Assembly (NCBI GenBank): GCA_011364925.1
Contig: RDOA01000014.1
Location: 1 to 64,000 of the forward strand
DNA length: 64,000 nt
Direction: 5' to 3'
Source of the DNA: Promethearchaeota archaeon
Lineage (GTDB): Archaea; Asgardarchaeota; Lokiarchaeia; Sigyniarchaeales; SOKP01
The notes beneath the pieces are model-generated. The model was given only the letters and a program-made list of their open reading frames with translations. It was not told the origin of the DNA and ran no database searches. Shown one piece after another: positions 33,129-42,491 of this stretch. The position numbers were made by a program, and so were the translations under genes. Numbering within the stretch: position 1 is the first letter of the stretch; each line of letters opens with the position of its first letter.

Positions 33129-33296
33129 TTAAACCTAATTAAAATTATCTTCTATTATTCTGAAGTAAGGTGAGAGAATCTTGTTTCTCCGCATATATGA
33201 GATTAAGATTATTTAAAGATGAGAAAATAATATGAATTATGAGAATAAGTCATTTTTTATTGAAACTCTCAAAACTGGTAATAGAGGTGATTAAAT

Positions 33297-33623
33297 ATAC
33301 CAAGTGATTTCACTCAAGATGTAATTAAAATTATAAAAAATATACCGGTTGGGAAAGTACTAACCTATGGAAAAATTGCTAAACTGGCTGGGAATCCAAG
33401 AGGTGCTAGACAAGTATCATGGTTGTTACATTCTTCATCCAATAAATACAATCTACCATGGCATCGTGTCATTAATTCGCAAGGAAAAATAGTATTGAAA
33501 GCCGAAGATGGTAAAGAATTTCAGAAGATTTTGCTTGAAAAAGAAGGAATAGAGATTGTCGGGGAAAATAAGGTTGATCTTAAAAAGTATCTTTGGGAAA
33601 TTGACTCATTATCTAACATTTAA
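33297..33623 (+). CDS. Alkyltransferase-like protein (ATL/YbaZ, PWHRV type), apparent ATA start
   Basis: The frame extends upstream of the ORF-track start as IPSDFTQDVIKIIKNIPVGKVLTYGKIAKLAGNPRGARQV...LPWHRVINSQG. In-frame TGA at 33288-33290. SD GAGGTGA ends 6 nt before ATA 33297. Confidence 0.88.
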   Translation: MPSDFTQDVIKIIKNIPVGKVLTYGKIAKLAGNPRGARQVSWLLHSSSNKYNLPWHRVINSQGKIVLKAEDGKEFQKILLEKEGIEIVGENKVDLKKYLWEIDSLSNI

Positions 33624-33686
33624 AGGAATTTCCTTTTATAAAAAATTAAAAAAAAATTATTAAGATAAGAGAATTTTAATGAAATT

Positions 33687-34385
33687 ATGAGAAACGAAGA
33701 ATTAGTAAAACCATCAAAATCTGTTTTTACACGAGATACTAGAATTATAACTAAAGATAATTCTCAAACGAGTGAAACTCGTACAGTAAAAACGGGCACT
33801 ACTACCGTTGGATTAGTTTGTAAGGACGCCGTTATCCTAGGAACCGATAAACGTGCATCCATGGCTTATTTTGTAGCAAGTAAAACGTCAGAAAAACTGC
33901 ATAAAATACAAGATCATTTATATATGACTATAGCTGGAATGGCAGCTGACGCCATGTACTTAGTTGATGTTTTAAGAGCTGAAACTACATTATATCAATT
34001 GAAAGAAGAGAAACCTATTAAAGTAAAAAGTGCCGGGAAATTGCTCTCTAACATTTTATATCAAAATAAAATGTATCCGTATGAAGTAGGTCTCATGCTT
34101 GGAGGAGTTACAGAAGAAGAAGGTCCTGTTCTATTGGACATTGGAGCTTACGGTTCAGTTTTACCAGAAAAGTTTTGTGCAGTTGGAAGTGGACAAAATT
34201 TTTCTTATGGTGTGCTTGAAGCAAAATTTAAAGATGATTTGACGGTAAAAGAAGGAAAAGATATAATAATTAAAGCAATTACCACATCAATAATTCGAGA
34301 CATGGCTAGTGGGAATGGTATTGATATTGCTGTCATCAAAAAAGAAGGTCCAGCAGAAAAGGAATTTATTTCTATAAAGGAATAA
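33687..34385 (+). CDS. psmB: Proteasome subunit beta
   Basis: Propeptide followed by KTG/TTTVG, DKRAS, GSG and RDMASG. Confidence 0.95.
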   Translation: MRNEELVKPSKSVFTRDTRIITKDNSQTSETRTVKTGTTTVGLVCKDAVILGTDKRASMAYFVASKTSEKLHKIQDHLYMTIAGMAADAMYLVDVLRAETTLYQLKEEKPIKVKSAGKLLSNILYQNKMYPYEVGLMLGGVTEEEGPVLLDIGAYGSVLPEKFCAVGSGQNFSYGVLEAKFKDDLTVKEGKDIIIKAITTSIIRDMASGNGIDIAVIKKEGPAEKEFISIKE

Positions 34386-34612
34386 ATCGTTCTCTTTTTT
34401 TACTCAACTCGATCTTTTATATATTCTCCTCTTAGTATTTAAATTTTGCGTTAGATGTGTTGCGATTTAGAAACCTTTAATAATAATACCATATCTTTAA
34501 AAATAAAAATTATATTATTTTAGATAGAAGAATTTACACATTCAACAACTTAGAATATACTTTTACTCGTTGTTAATAGCAAATTTGTAATCGAACTTGG
34601 TGACACATCAAA

Positions 34613-35341
34613 ATGACCTATAATATCATAGTAGATTTATCACATAAAGAAAAAGTCGAGGAATTTCCAGATTTTACTTTAGGGGATGACGATTTAGAAG
34701 TAGACTACATCGATAAGAATGAGGGGCCTATTGACTATGATTTACTTGAGGATTACGATATTTTATTCATTGGTAATATTCAACAAACTAAAGATGGCAA
34801 GGAAGACAAACTCACTAAAGACGAACTACTAGCAATCAAACGATACATTGGAGAAGGCGGAGGTCTCTTCCTAACCACTGGTGATGGAGGAGATAAAGAC
34901 ATTCCAATGAAATCAGGATCTATTAGAGTTCTTTATAAAATGACAGGAGTTAAAAGGTATTGGAATGGATTAATCCAAGAGGCTCCGTCACACTTTTTAG
35001 TAAATAAGCAAAATATTCTGATCACTGAGTTATTTAACCACCCTATTACCGAAAAAATTTCCGAAGTGGTTCTCCCTAACTGCACATTCTTTACTATTAC
35101 TGAAGAGGATGTTGAGGATATAATTGTAACTTCGGATAAAGCTGAATTCAAATATTTCATTGATGATGAGATAGGAGGAATTGGAACGGTTCCAGTTTGT
35201 GTTGTAAGCGAATTTTTTAGTGGAAGGTGCGTTACTATTGGCTCATCGGATTGGCTAATAGAAGATGAATTCGGTCTTGACGCTGGAGACAATATTTCTT
35301 TTCTTTCTAATATTATAAAATGGCTAAGTTTTGAAATATGA
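34613..35341 (+). CDS. GIFT (GldG/IFT52)-like / DUF4350 GATase-fold protein
   Basis: DLSHKE, YDILFIG, ELLAIKRYIGEGGGLFL, HPIT, GRCVTIGSSDWL...DN..FLSNIIKWL. Confidence 0.65.
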   Translation: MTYNIIVDLSHKEKVEEFPDFTLGDDDLEVDYIDKNEGPIDYDLLEDYDILFIGNIQQTKDGKEDKLTKDELLAIKRYIGEGGGLFLTTGDGGDKDIPMKSGSIRVLYKMTGVKRYWNGLIQEAPSHFLVNKQNILITELFNHPITEKISEVVLPNCTFFTITEEDVEDIIVTSDKAEFKYFIDDEIGGIGTVPVCVVSEFFSGRCVTIGSSDWLIEDEFGLDAGDNISFLSNIIKWLSFEI

Positions 35342-35433
35342 ATAATTCTCTACTGTTATACTGAGATTTCTTTCTTAAGTAAATGGTACCTTTAGCGATA
35401 ACCATTATAACAACTAATGTATATATATTATTC

Positions 35434-36546
35434 ATGGTCTTTAGAATACTTCGACCCGACTCATCTTTAGTCTGGAACAACAAAGAGCTTCGCAAACGGT
35501 TTCCTAGGTATCGTGGCATTATTGATGACAAGGAAGTCGCGAGATATATCATTGCTAAATCTTTATGCTGTGAATTTGATTCGAATTATACAATTGAAGA
35601 CCTTGAAAAATTATTGGAAGAAAAGTCAAGAGAGTTTAACGAGCTACTCAAAACATCTACTGAAGAAATCAAAAAGAGGAATGTTGCTTCAAAGAATTTT
35701 ATTGATTTAACTGAGCAATTAGCTCTAAGATATCTTGAGGATTGCATGTTTTGCGAAAGACAATGCTCCGTTAATCGAATTACTGGTGAAAAAGGTTTTT
35801 GCCTTCTTTCTAAAGATTCATATGTTTCTTCTGCGTTCCTCCATATGGGAGAAGAAGCACCTTTAATCCCAAGTGGAACCATTTTTTTCCAAAGCTGCAA
35901 TTTTGGATGTGTGTTTTGTCAAAACTATGATATCTCTCAAAAATGGAAGGAAAGTAAAAAAATAGAGGATCTTGCTCAAAAAGTTGATGTTAAACAATTA
36001 GCAGCACTAGCAGATAGGTTAGTTGAGAAGGGTGCTATTAACATTAATTATGTAGGAGGGGATCCTATTCCCAATATTCATGCTATCGTTGGGAGTTTAC
36101 AGCATCAAACTTCAAACATTACTCAACTTTGGAACTCAAATTTCTATCTGACTAATAAGGCCTTATCCCTAATAATTGACCTCATAGATTTTTGGTTGCC
36201 AGATTGGAAGTGGGGCAATAATGAGTGTGGAAAAAAATATTCGGGTATTGACAAGTATTTCGATGTTATAGCCAGAAATCATAAAAGAATCCACGATGAG
36301 GGGAGTGGTGAAATAATAATTCGACATCTAATCATGCCAAATCATGTAGAATGTTGTTCTAAACCAATCCTAGATTTTGTTTCTAAAGAACTTCCGAAAG
36401 TAGTTATGAACCTGATGGGTCAATATAGGCCTGAATGGAAAAGTTTTAAATACCCAGAAATTAACAGACGCCCCACAATGGAAGAAATTCATGAAGTAAA
36501 GAATTATGCTGATGATTTAGGGATTTTATATGAACCAGTCTCCTAA
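35434..36546 (+). CDS. PflX-like radical SAM protein
   Basis: CMFCERQCSVNR...GFC, H.GEE.PL.PSGTIFF..CNFGCVFCQNYDISQ, IRHLIMPNH..CC, NLMGQYRP; ATG 35434 preferred. Confidence 0.9.
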   Translation: MVFRILRPDSSLVWNNKELRKRFPRYRGIIDDKEVARYIIAKSLCCEFDSNYTIEDLEKLLEEKSREFNELLKTSTEEIKKRNVASKNFIDLTEQLALRYLEDCMFCERQCSVNRITGEKGFCLLSKDSYVSSAFLHMGEEAPLIPSGTIFFQSCNFGCVFCQNYDISQKWKESKKIEDLAQKVDVKQLAALADRLVEKGAININYVGGDPIPNIHAIVGSLQHQTSNITQLWNSNFYLTNKALSLIIDLIDFWLPDWKWGNNECGKKYSGIDKYFDVIARNHKRIHDEGSGEIIIRHLIMPNHVECCSKPILDFVSKELPKVVMNLMGQYRPEWKSFKYPEINRRPTMEEIHEVKNYADDLGILYEPVS

Positions 36547-36616
36547 ATTTAGAAAAAATAATAAGTAATGGACTATTCCCAAATCTAAGTATCTTACACT
36601 TGACTAACATAAATTT

Positions 36617-37744
36617 ATGGTTTTAGTAATGAAATTAGACGATGTAAAAGGACTTGGCAAAAAACAAGAAGTATTGATAGAAGCTGGGATTGATACGGTG
36701 GAAAAATTAGCAAACGCAAAACTGGATGATTTAATTAATCTTAAAGGTATTGGAAAAGCTACAGCAGAAAAGATAATTGAAAACGCGAAGCAACTATTAG
36801 GATCATCTGCTAATGGGACTACTGTAGAACCTAAAGAACCCACATTGGAAGAAAAACTCGAGAAAGAGATAGAAGAAGAATTCCAAAAGCTTAAAGAGAA
36901 AAAAGAACGACTTGCTGGCAAAAAGCTTGAAGAAGGTGATTTTGTTCTCTTAAAAATGACTGCGAAAACTCAAAATGGAAAAATATTTCGAGTATCTTCT
37001 GAGGAAGACGCGAAGACAGCAGGGATTTACGAGGAAGAAAAAGCTAAACAAGGATATTATACCCCTGAATTTGTCATAGTTGGAAAACCCGGATTTTTAA
37101 ACGAAGGACTCACCGAAACATTAAAAGATATGAACTTTTTCGAAAAAAAATCAGTAAGAATTCCTCCTACTAAGGCATTTGGTAAAAGAGATCCTCAAAA
37201 AATTGAAAGAATTGGCATAGCAAAATTTAGAAAATTAAACGATGGTAAAAATCCTGAATACGGACAAGACTTTACAAATAAGAAAGGCCAAAGGGGAGTT
37301 ATAACTAATATCATTCAAGGAAAAGTAGTTATTGATTACAATCATCCGCTAGCAGGGCAATCCATAGATTATAACCTCGAAGTTATTGATAAAGTAGAGG
37401 AATTCAACGAAAAGATCGAATACTTTATGATCTCAAAGGGAATTCCTAAAGAAAACGCTTCTGAGTTTACAGTAAATTACTTGAAGGATAAAACTCTTGA
37501 AATTACAATTCCTAAGATGTTCTTATTCCAAAACTTAACCTATTTAAAATTCGGGTTAGCTATGGATCTACAAACCCATATGGGCGACGAAATCGAGGAT
37601 GTAAAATTCATTGAAATATACGAGAAAATGCCAATTCCTCAAACACCAGCAGAATCAGTAATGCAAAAGGTAGAAGAATATAATAAGGAACACGACCACG
37701 ATCATGACCATGATCATAATCATGATAAAGTAGGAAATGATTAA
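36617..37744 (+). CDS. slyD: FKBP-type peptidyl-prolyl isomerase (SlyD-like long FKBP) with N-terminal helix-hairpin-helix domain and His/Asp tail
   Basis: VKGLGKK and LKGIGKATAEKII HhH motifs; IPPTKAFGKRD and IDYNHPLAG FKBP motifs; HDHDHDHNHD tail. Confidence 0.88.
   Translation: MVLVMKLDDVKGLGKKQEVLIEAGIDTVEKLANAKLDDLINLKGIGKATAEKIIENAKQLLGSSANGTTVEPKEPTLEEKLEKEIEEEFQKLKEKKERLAGKKLEEGDFVLLKMTAKTQNGKIFRVSSEEDAKTAGIYEEEKAKQGYYTPEFVIVGKPGFLNEGLTETLKDMNFFEKKSVRIPPTKAFGKRDPQKIERIGIAKFRKLNDGKNPEYGQDFTNKKGQRGVITNIIQGKVVIDYNHPLAGQSIDYNLEVIDKVEEFNEKIEYFMISKGIPKENASEFTVNYLKDKTLEITIPKMFLFQNLTYLKFGLAMDLQTHMGDEIEDVKFIEIYEKMPIPQTPAESVMQKVEEYNKEHDHDHDHDHNHDKVGND
37691..37726 (+). repeat. CAY-GAY hexamer repeat encoding the His/Asp tail
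   Basis: cacgaccacgatcatgaccatgatcataatcatgat. Confidence 0.8.
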
Positions 37745-37771
37745 TAATTCCTTCTTTGTAATATATTAATT

Positions 37772-38554
37772 CTATTTCTTTATTTCGCTATATTTTTTCA
37801 TTATTAAATTACAAACACTCGAGATGGGATTGATTTTTTGTTTCCAGTTTGAAAATTCTGGAAATGTACCTGCATCCACCACATATAATTGATTAGTTTT
37901 ATTCTCTCTTACAAGATCTAAATGACCAAATGATAAATTATACTTATTTTTCCATTTTCTTAGATATTCTTCAATTTCTTCGTCAAATTCGATTTTTATC
38001 ATTTGACTATGCTCATTTGATAAAGGTTTTTTCTCACAAATACAGGAATTATCCCCTATAAAGTATGCTAAATAATGCACTCCATCAATATATTTTTCTA
38101 AATAGAGGGGTTCCTCGAAATCTTTATTAATATCTTTCGTGCTGTTAAGAATTCTAATATCATTACTACCTGATCCAAAAATTGGTTTAGAAATTAGGGG
38201 AAAATAGGAATTCTTGAGTAACTTTTTTAGAATTTTAAGATATCCCATATATACTTGAGGATATGCGAGGCCAGTATTTTTAATAGCATAATACGATTCA
38301 ATCCGATCTTTATGAGTATGACTTAGACTCGTATTTGGTATAACTGGAACCATATTTGCTTCTAAAAAATACCCAGCATAAAGATAAAGCATACGTTTTG
38401 ACTTCAGTATATAAAAATCGTTCTCTAAGAGTGAATCGTTTATACAAAGATTATCTGCCGTAAAAATTTTAACTTGATGGCCTATATTTTCGTAGTAATC
38501 CTTTATTTTCCAAGTGAAACCTCCAGTTCTTTTCGATAAAATCCCTATCTTCAT
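37772..38554 (-). CDS. ATP-grasp protein, ITPK1/RimK-like (degenerate metal-binding motif)
   Basis: FYILKSK, FPLISKP.FGSGS, LEKYIDG, FGHLDL, YVVDAGTFPEF. Confidence 0.75.
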   Translation of the reverse strand: MKIGILSKRTGGFTWKIKDYYENIGHQVKIFTADNLCINDSLLENDFYILKSKRMLYLYAGYFLEANMVPVIPNTSLSHTHKDRIESYYAIKNTGLAYPQVYMGYLKILKKLLKNSYFPLISKPIFGSGSNDIRILNSTKDINKDFEEPLYLEKYIDGVHYLAYFIGDNSCICEKKPLSNEHSQMIKIEFDEEIEEYLRKWKNKYNLSFGHLDLVRENKTNQLYVVDAGTFPEFSNWKQKINPISSVCNLIMKKYSEIKK

Positions 38555-38567
38555 TTCTTTATTAAAT

Positions 38568-39395
38568 TCAACCTTTAGCTTGTTTTATTAAGTAATCTAC
38601 TACATATTTTGGTCCATTCTTAATGTAATTAAAATTAGGTGAAGAATTTATATCAGATAAATAAAAGGCACCGTTTTCTAATTTTAGAAAATCCATGGAA
38701 CAAATTTGTAATCCAATTGCTTCTGCCGCTTTAAATGCAATTTCAGTCAATTCTGGAACATTTTCAATTTCTATCCTAGATTCCATCTTGTTAGGATTTA
38801 TTAACACAGGTACTTGTTTATAGTAAAATATGTCCTCACCGATAATGTATATCTTAAATTCCCATTTACTCCTCACAAAATCCTGAAAATATACATGTGA
38901 ATATTTAGGTTTAATGCCACTGGATTCATCAATAGCTCGCATATCACTAACTTCAAAAAACCCTTCCTTTTCTTTAATTTGAGGTTTGAAGGCATAATTT
39001 TTTTGATCAATGATATTTTTCATAATGTATTCCTTGTAAGGAGGAGAAGTCCCTATAGGATTTAATGTGAAACTGGGAATGCAAATACCCGCTTTTTTTA
39101 AATAAACACTATTCAAAAATCTATTAAACGCGAGCGAAATGCTTTTCGATGAATTAATAACAGGAATGTTAGTTTCTCTCTCGATTAATTTAACCAGACT
39201 TATAATCAAATCTCCTTTTGCTTTAACAAAAAATATGTTTTCATTAAATTCATAATGAGAGAAATCTATAAAGTATTCTTCTTCAAGATATATAGATACT
39301 TCTACTTTATTCTTGCAATAATCCAAAAATTGGGATGATTTCTTTTCCAAATGATAATTGTCAGTAATCAAACCAATTTTTATCAAATGACTCAC
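38568..39395 (-). CDS. ATP-grasp protein, ITPK1-like
   Basis: IGLIT...EKK, FFVKAK, IPVIN, FQDFV...EFKIYIIG, IGLQICSMDF, LSDINSSPNF. Confidence 0.75.
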   Translation of the reverse strand: MSHLIKIGLITDNYHLEKKSSQFLDYCKNKVEVSIYLEEEYFIDFSHYEFNENIFFVKAKGDLIISLVKLIERETNIPVINSSKSISLAFNRFLNSVYLKKAGICIPSFTLNPIGTSPPYKEYIMKNIIDQKNYAFKPQIKEKEGFFEVSDMRAIDESSGIKPKYSHVYFQDFVRSKWEFKIYIIGEDIFYYKQVPVLINPNKMESRIEIENVPELTEIAFKAAEAIGLQICSMDFLKLENGAFYLSDINSSPNFNYIKNGPKYVVDYLIKQAKG

Positions 39396-39543
39396 AATAT
39401 TCTAAGTTATTTGGGGAAAATTGAATATTTTGTATTAGTGATTAGTATAATTCTAATTTACATTAAAAGAATTGCGTGAATCAATAATTACATTTATATA
39501 TTTTAATTTGTTTTAAAGAAATCAAATTGATCGGGTTTTTTAA

Positions 39544-40455
39544 ATGGCGAATAATATAAAAAGAAAATATATCGGAGCCATTTGCAATAGGGATCTTGAA
39601 GTAATGGAAAATATCAAGAAGTTCCTTATCAAAAATTATAATATTACTATAGTAAATTTGATGAAAAATGGATTTGAATCGTTTAATGCTAAATATTTAG
39701 AAAAAAAAATGAAAAAGTATCCATTTTCTTTTTTAATCGTTAAACTTGTTTCTCAACAAGAAAATAAACGAATATATGATATTCTTGATGACCTTTGCCC
39801 AGATATTCCGATGCTGAATGATTTAGAGTCTGTTCAAATTTGTGAAAGTAGATTTGATACTTTTAAAAAAATTCAAAGTGTATATAAAAAAATTAGTATT
39901 CCACAATTATTTAATTCTAAAATTGATGCTTTAGAAGCATCTCGTAATGGTGTTGACATAATCGTTAAACTTGATACTCATAATATACCCGATCTTCCTA
40001 AAAACGATAGGATTATTGGAATTGCTAAAAGTCCTTCAGAGTTAAGCGATTTAATTAATAATCGGGACGAAAAGAACTTATTTTTTCAGGAATATTTAGG
40101 AGAGCATGATATTATATATAAGGTATATGTAGTAGGTAATTGGGTTATCTCAATCACAGCTCAGAATCGTTTACACCAACTTTCTGAATTATCACCATTA
40201 GATTTGATGCATATTCGAGTTCCAGTAGAGGAGAAATTTAAAAGGAGGATTATCCGTCTTGGTCGTAAACTTGGATTATCAGTTTTTGGCGTAGACTATA
40301 TTCTAACTGAAAATGGACCATATATAGTTGATATCAACGATTTCCCTAGTTTTAATAACATTCCTGAAGGTGTGAGCTTAGTCTCAGATTATATATATAA
40401 TCTAATTAGTATGAGAGAAGTTTATCAAAAAGCTTTCCTTAAAGTTAAGAGTTAA
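39544..40455 (+). CDS. ITPK1-like inositol phosphate kinase (ATP-grasp)
   Basis: LIVKL, FQEYL..HDIIYKVYVVG, LGLSVFGVDYI and YIVDINDFPSF closely parallel ITPK1 QNFINH..VLYKVFVVG / LGVSLFGIDII / VIDINAFPGY. Confidence 0.8.
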   Translation: MANNIKRKYIGAICNRDLEVMENIKKFLIKNYNITIVNLMKNGFESFNAKYLEKKMKKYPFSFLIVKLVSQQENKRIYDILDDLCPDIPMLNDLESVQICESRFDTFKKIQSVYKKISIPQLFNSKIDALEASRNGVDIIVKLDTHNIPDLPKNDRIIGIAKSPSELSDLINNRDEKNLFFQEYLGEHDIIYKVYVVGNWVISITAQNRLHQLSELSPLDLMHIRVPVEEKFKRRIIRLGRKLGLSVFGVDYILTENGPYIVDINDFPSFNNIPEGVSLVSDYIYNLISMREVYQKAFLKVKS

Positions 40456-40459
40456 AAGT

Positions 40460-40903
40460 TTATTTTCTCTTTTTTTCTCTTTTCACCATCTCCAATAGTT
40501 CAATTACTGCCCCAAATACTTCCACAGTATCCATATAAGCATACTTCAATCTTGGTGGAAACAAGCCCGATTGTACAACCTCTATTCCTTCTTGTTGAAA
40601 TCTGTTAATATTTTTTTCCAAGTCCTCAACAAACACTCCAAAATGGTGGAGTCCCACTTTCTGACTGTCGACAAACTCTTTATATATAGAATCGCCTTTA
40701 AGCCATTGAAATATTTCTATCGATGTAGATAAGCATCGACTAACGCCCATCTTTATTGAAAATTTCGTTTCTCTGCCCCTATAAATAGCGGGATGATCTA
40801 AATCTTCAGAAAATTCAAATTTAGGCATGTTAAATAGGGATTCCATCCTTAATGCGTGTTTTTCCGGTTCTTGATATATATAACATATATGCTGAATCTT
40901 CAA
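40460..40903 (-). CDS. VOC family protein (methylmalonyl-CoA epimerase / glyoxalase-like)
   Basis: IQHIC, IEIFQ, GLHHFGVFV, YAYMDT...G..IELL. Confidence 0.88.
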   Translation of the reverse strand: MKIQHICYIYQEPEKHALRMESLFNMPKFEFSEDLDHPAIYRGRETKFSIKMGVSRCLSTSIEIFQWLKGDSIYKEFVDSQKVGLHHFGVFVEDLEKNINRFQQEGIEVVQSGLFPPRLKYAYMDTVEVFGAVIELLEMVKREKKRK

Positions 40904-41068
40904 GTTTGAAAAATCTACTTCTAAATTGGTTTCTATATTTTGTCCCCTCTACAAACAAATTAAAGTTTTTATGAAAATATTATATGTGTTTGAATTTAAA
41001 CCTATTAGAGAAATATTTTTCTTCCTCAAAATTTACATTCAAACCAAACAATATTTGAAATAAGTATC

Positions 41069-41593
41069 ATGGTACGCAGAATTGAAGTAGTTCCACACGA
41101 TCCAAATTGGAAAAATAAGTTTAATTTAGAAGCAAGAATTATCAGATCGATATTTAACAAGGAAATTATAGCGATTCACCATATAGGAAGCACTGCCATC
41201 CCGCAAATTAGTGCTAAACCTATTATTGATATTTTAGTTGAGGTACATGATATTGATAAAATAGATGATTACGATTTTAAAATGATTGAACAAGGATATA
41301 TTCCCAAAGGAGAGTCTGGTATTCCTAGAAGGAGACTTTTTATAAAAGGAAGCGAAGAAGTTAGAACATTTCACATCCATATCTTCGAGAAAGGGAATTC
41401 AGAAATAAAACGACTTTTAAATTTTAGAAACTATATGATCGCGCATCCTAACGAGGCACAGAAGTATAGTCGATTAAAAGAGAATCTTGTGCGAGAGTAT
41501 CCCGAAGATATTAGTGGCTATATAGATGGAAAAGATAAGTTCGTTAAAAATATTGATAAAAAAGCCAAAGATTGGAAAGAAAAGCTAAAATAG
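41069..41593 (+). CDS. GrpB family protein (nucleotidyltransferase-like)
   Basis: HHIGSTAIP...AKPIIDI, HIHI, FRNY, Y..LK, Y.DGK. Confidence 0.92.
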   Translation: MVRRIEVVPHDPNWKNKFNLEARIIRSIFNKEIIAIHHIGSTAIPQISAKPIIDILVEVHDIDKIDDYDFKMIEQGYIPKGESGIPRRRLFIKGSEEVRTFHIHIFEKGNSEIKRLLNFRNYMIAHPNEAQKYSRLKENLVREYPEDISGYIDGKDKFVKNIDKKAKDWKEKLK

Positions 41594-41614
41594 GTACAAA
41601 AAGAGACAGGTAAA

Positions 41615-42355
41615 ATGTCGTTTGCTATCTTTTTTGATGATGGGGGTGTACTTAATGATAATGATATACGTGGTCCCCAATGGAGTGCATTCTGTGGAGA
41701 ATTCTTTCATTCAAAGTTTGGAGGAGATCCGAAAGTATGGGGTGAAGCAAACCGTAAAATAACCACATCATTAGCAACTATTTTTTGGGGTGATACGAAA
41801 GTGATTTCTCAAGATTACATTACGTTTTACGCTAACTATAAGAGTGAGTGGGTAAAGCAGATGTTTGAAGAATATGGAAGATCTGTACCACCTGAAAAGG
41901 ATCGTGAAAGAATTTTCGATACTACGATAGAATATGTATGGCCAAAAATCCATTCGGCTATACCTGGAATCGTTGAGTGTGTTAAGGAACTCTTTTCAAA
42001 AGGTTTTCTTCTTTACACTTCTACTGGTTTGCATTCAAAAGAAATAAAGATGGTCCTCGAAGGGATGGGCATAAAGCAATTTTTTAGTGAGTTTTTTGGT
42101 CCAGATTTGATAAATACTCGAAAGCGAAATCCCAAATTCTTTGATCATATCTTCAAAAAGGTAAATATTGACTCAAGTAAAGTGATTGTTATTGAAGATA
42201 ACCCGGAATTTATTGGTTATGCTCTTAAAACAGGAGCTCAGGTAATTCAAGCATGTGTAACGGGGGAATATCCTCCTCAATTTCCTTTATATGTTGAAAA
42301 TATGCATGAACTTCCTAATATAATTGAAAATCTTATAAAAACGCACGATCTATAG
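41615..42355 (+). CDS. HAD-family hydrolase
   Basis: FFDDGGVL motif I, ST motif II, K.NP, VIED motif IV. Confidence 0.85.
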   Translation: MSFAIFFDDGGVLNDNDIRGPQWSAFCGEFFHSKFGGDPKVWGEANRKITTSLATIFWGDTKVISQDYITFYANYKSEWVKQMFEEYGRSVPPEKDRERIFDTTIEYVWPKIHSAIPGIVECVKELFSKGFLLYTSTGLHSKEIKMVLEGMGIKQFFSEFFGPDLINTRKRNPKFFDHIFKKVNIDSSKVIVIEDNPEFIGYALKTGAQVIQACVTGEYPPQFPLYVENMHELPNIIENLIKTHDL

Positions 42356-42491
42356 TTCTCACAATTTTTTGGTACTTCAAGCGACCTCTTACCTTACATT
42401 TTTAAACAGTTCCGAATTTTATTATTTTAATAATCAATCTTAAATGGTTCTAAATTTTATTATTATAATCGTATTTAGGGAGTCCATATTA

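Noticed and set aside
37772-40455. RimK/LysX amino-acid ligases or a RiPP (ATP-grasp peptide) cluster
   Set aside because: No precursor peptide, LysW or ribosomal-protein target is nearby, and the DxN and KVYVVG motifs fit ITPK1 better than RimK (EVN, DxRxxVVG). Not fully excluded without a search.
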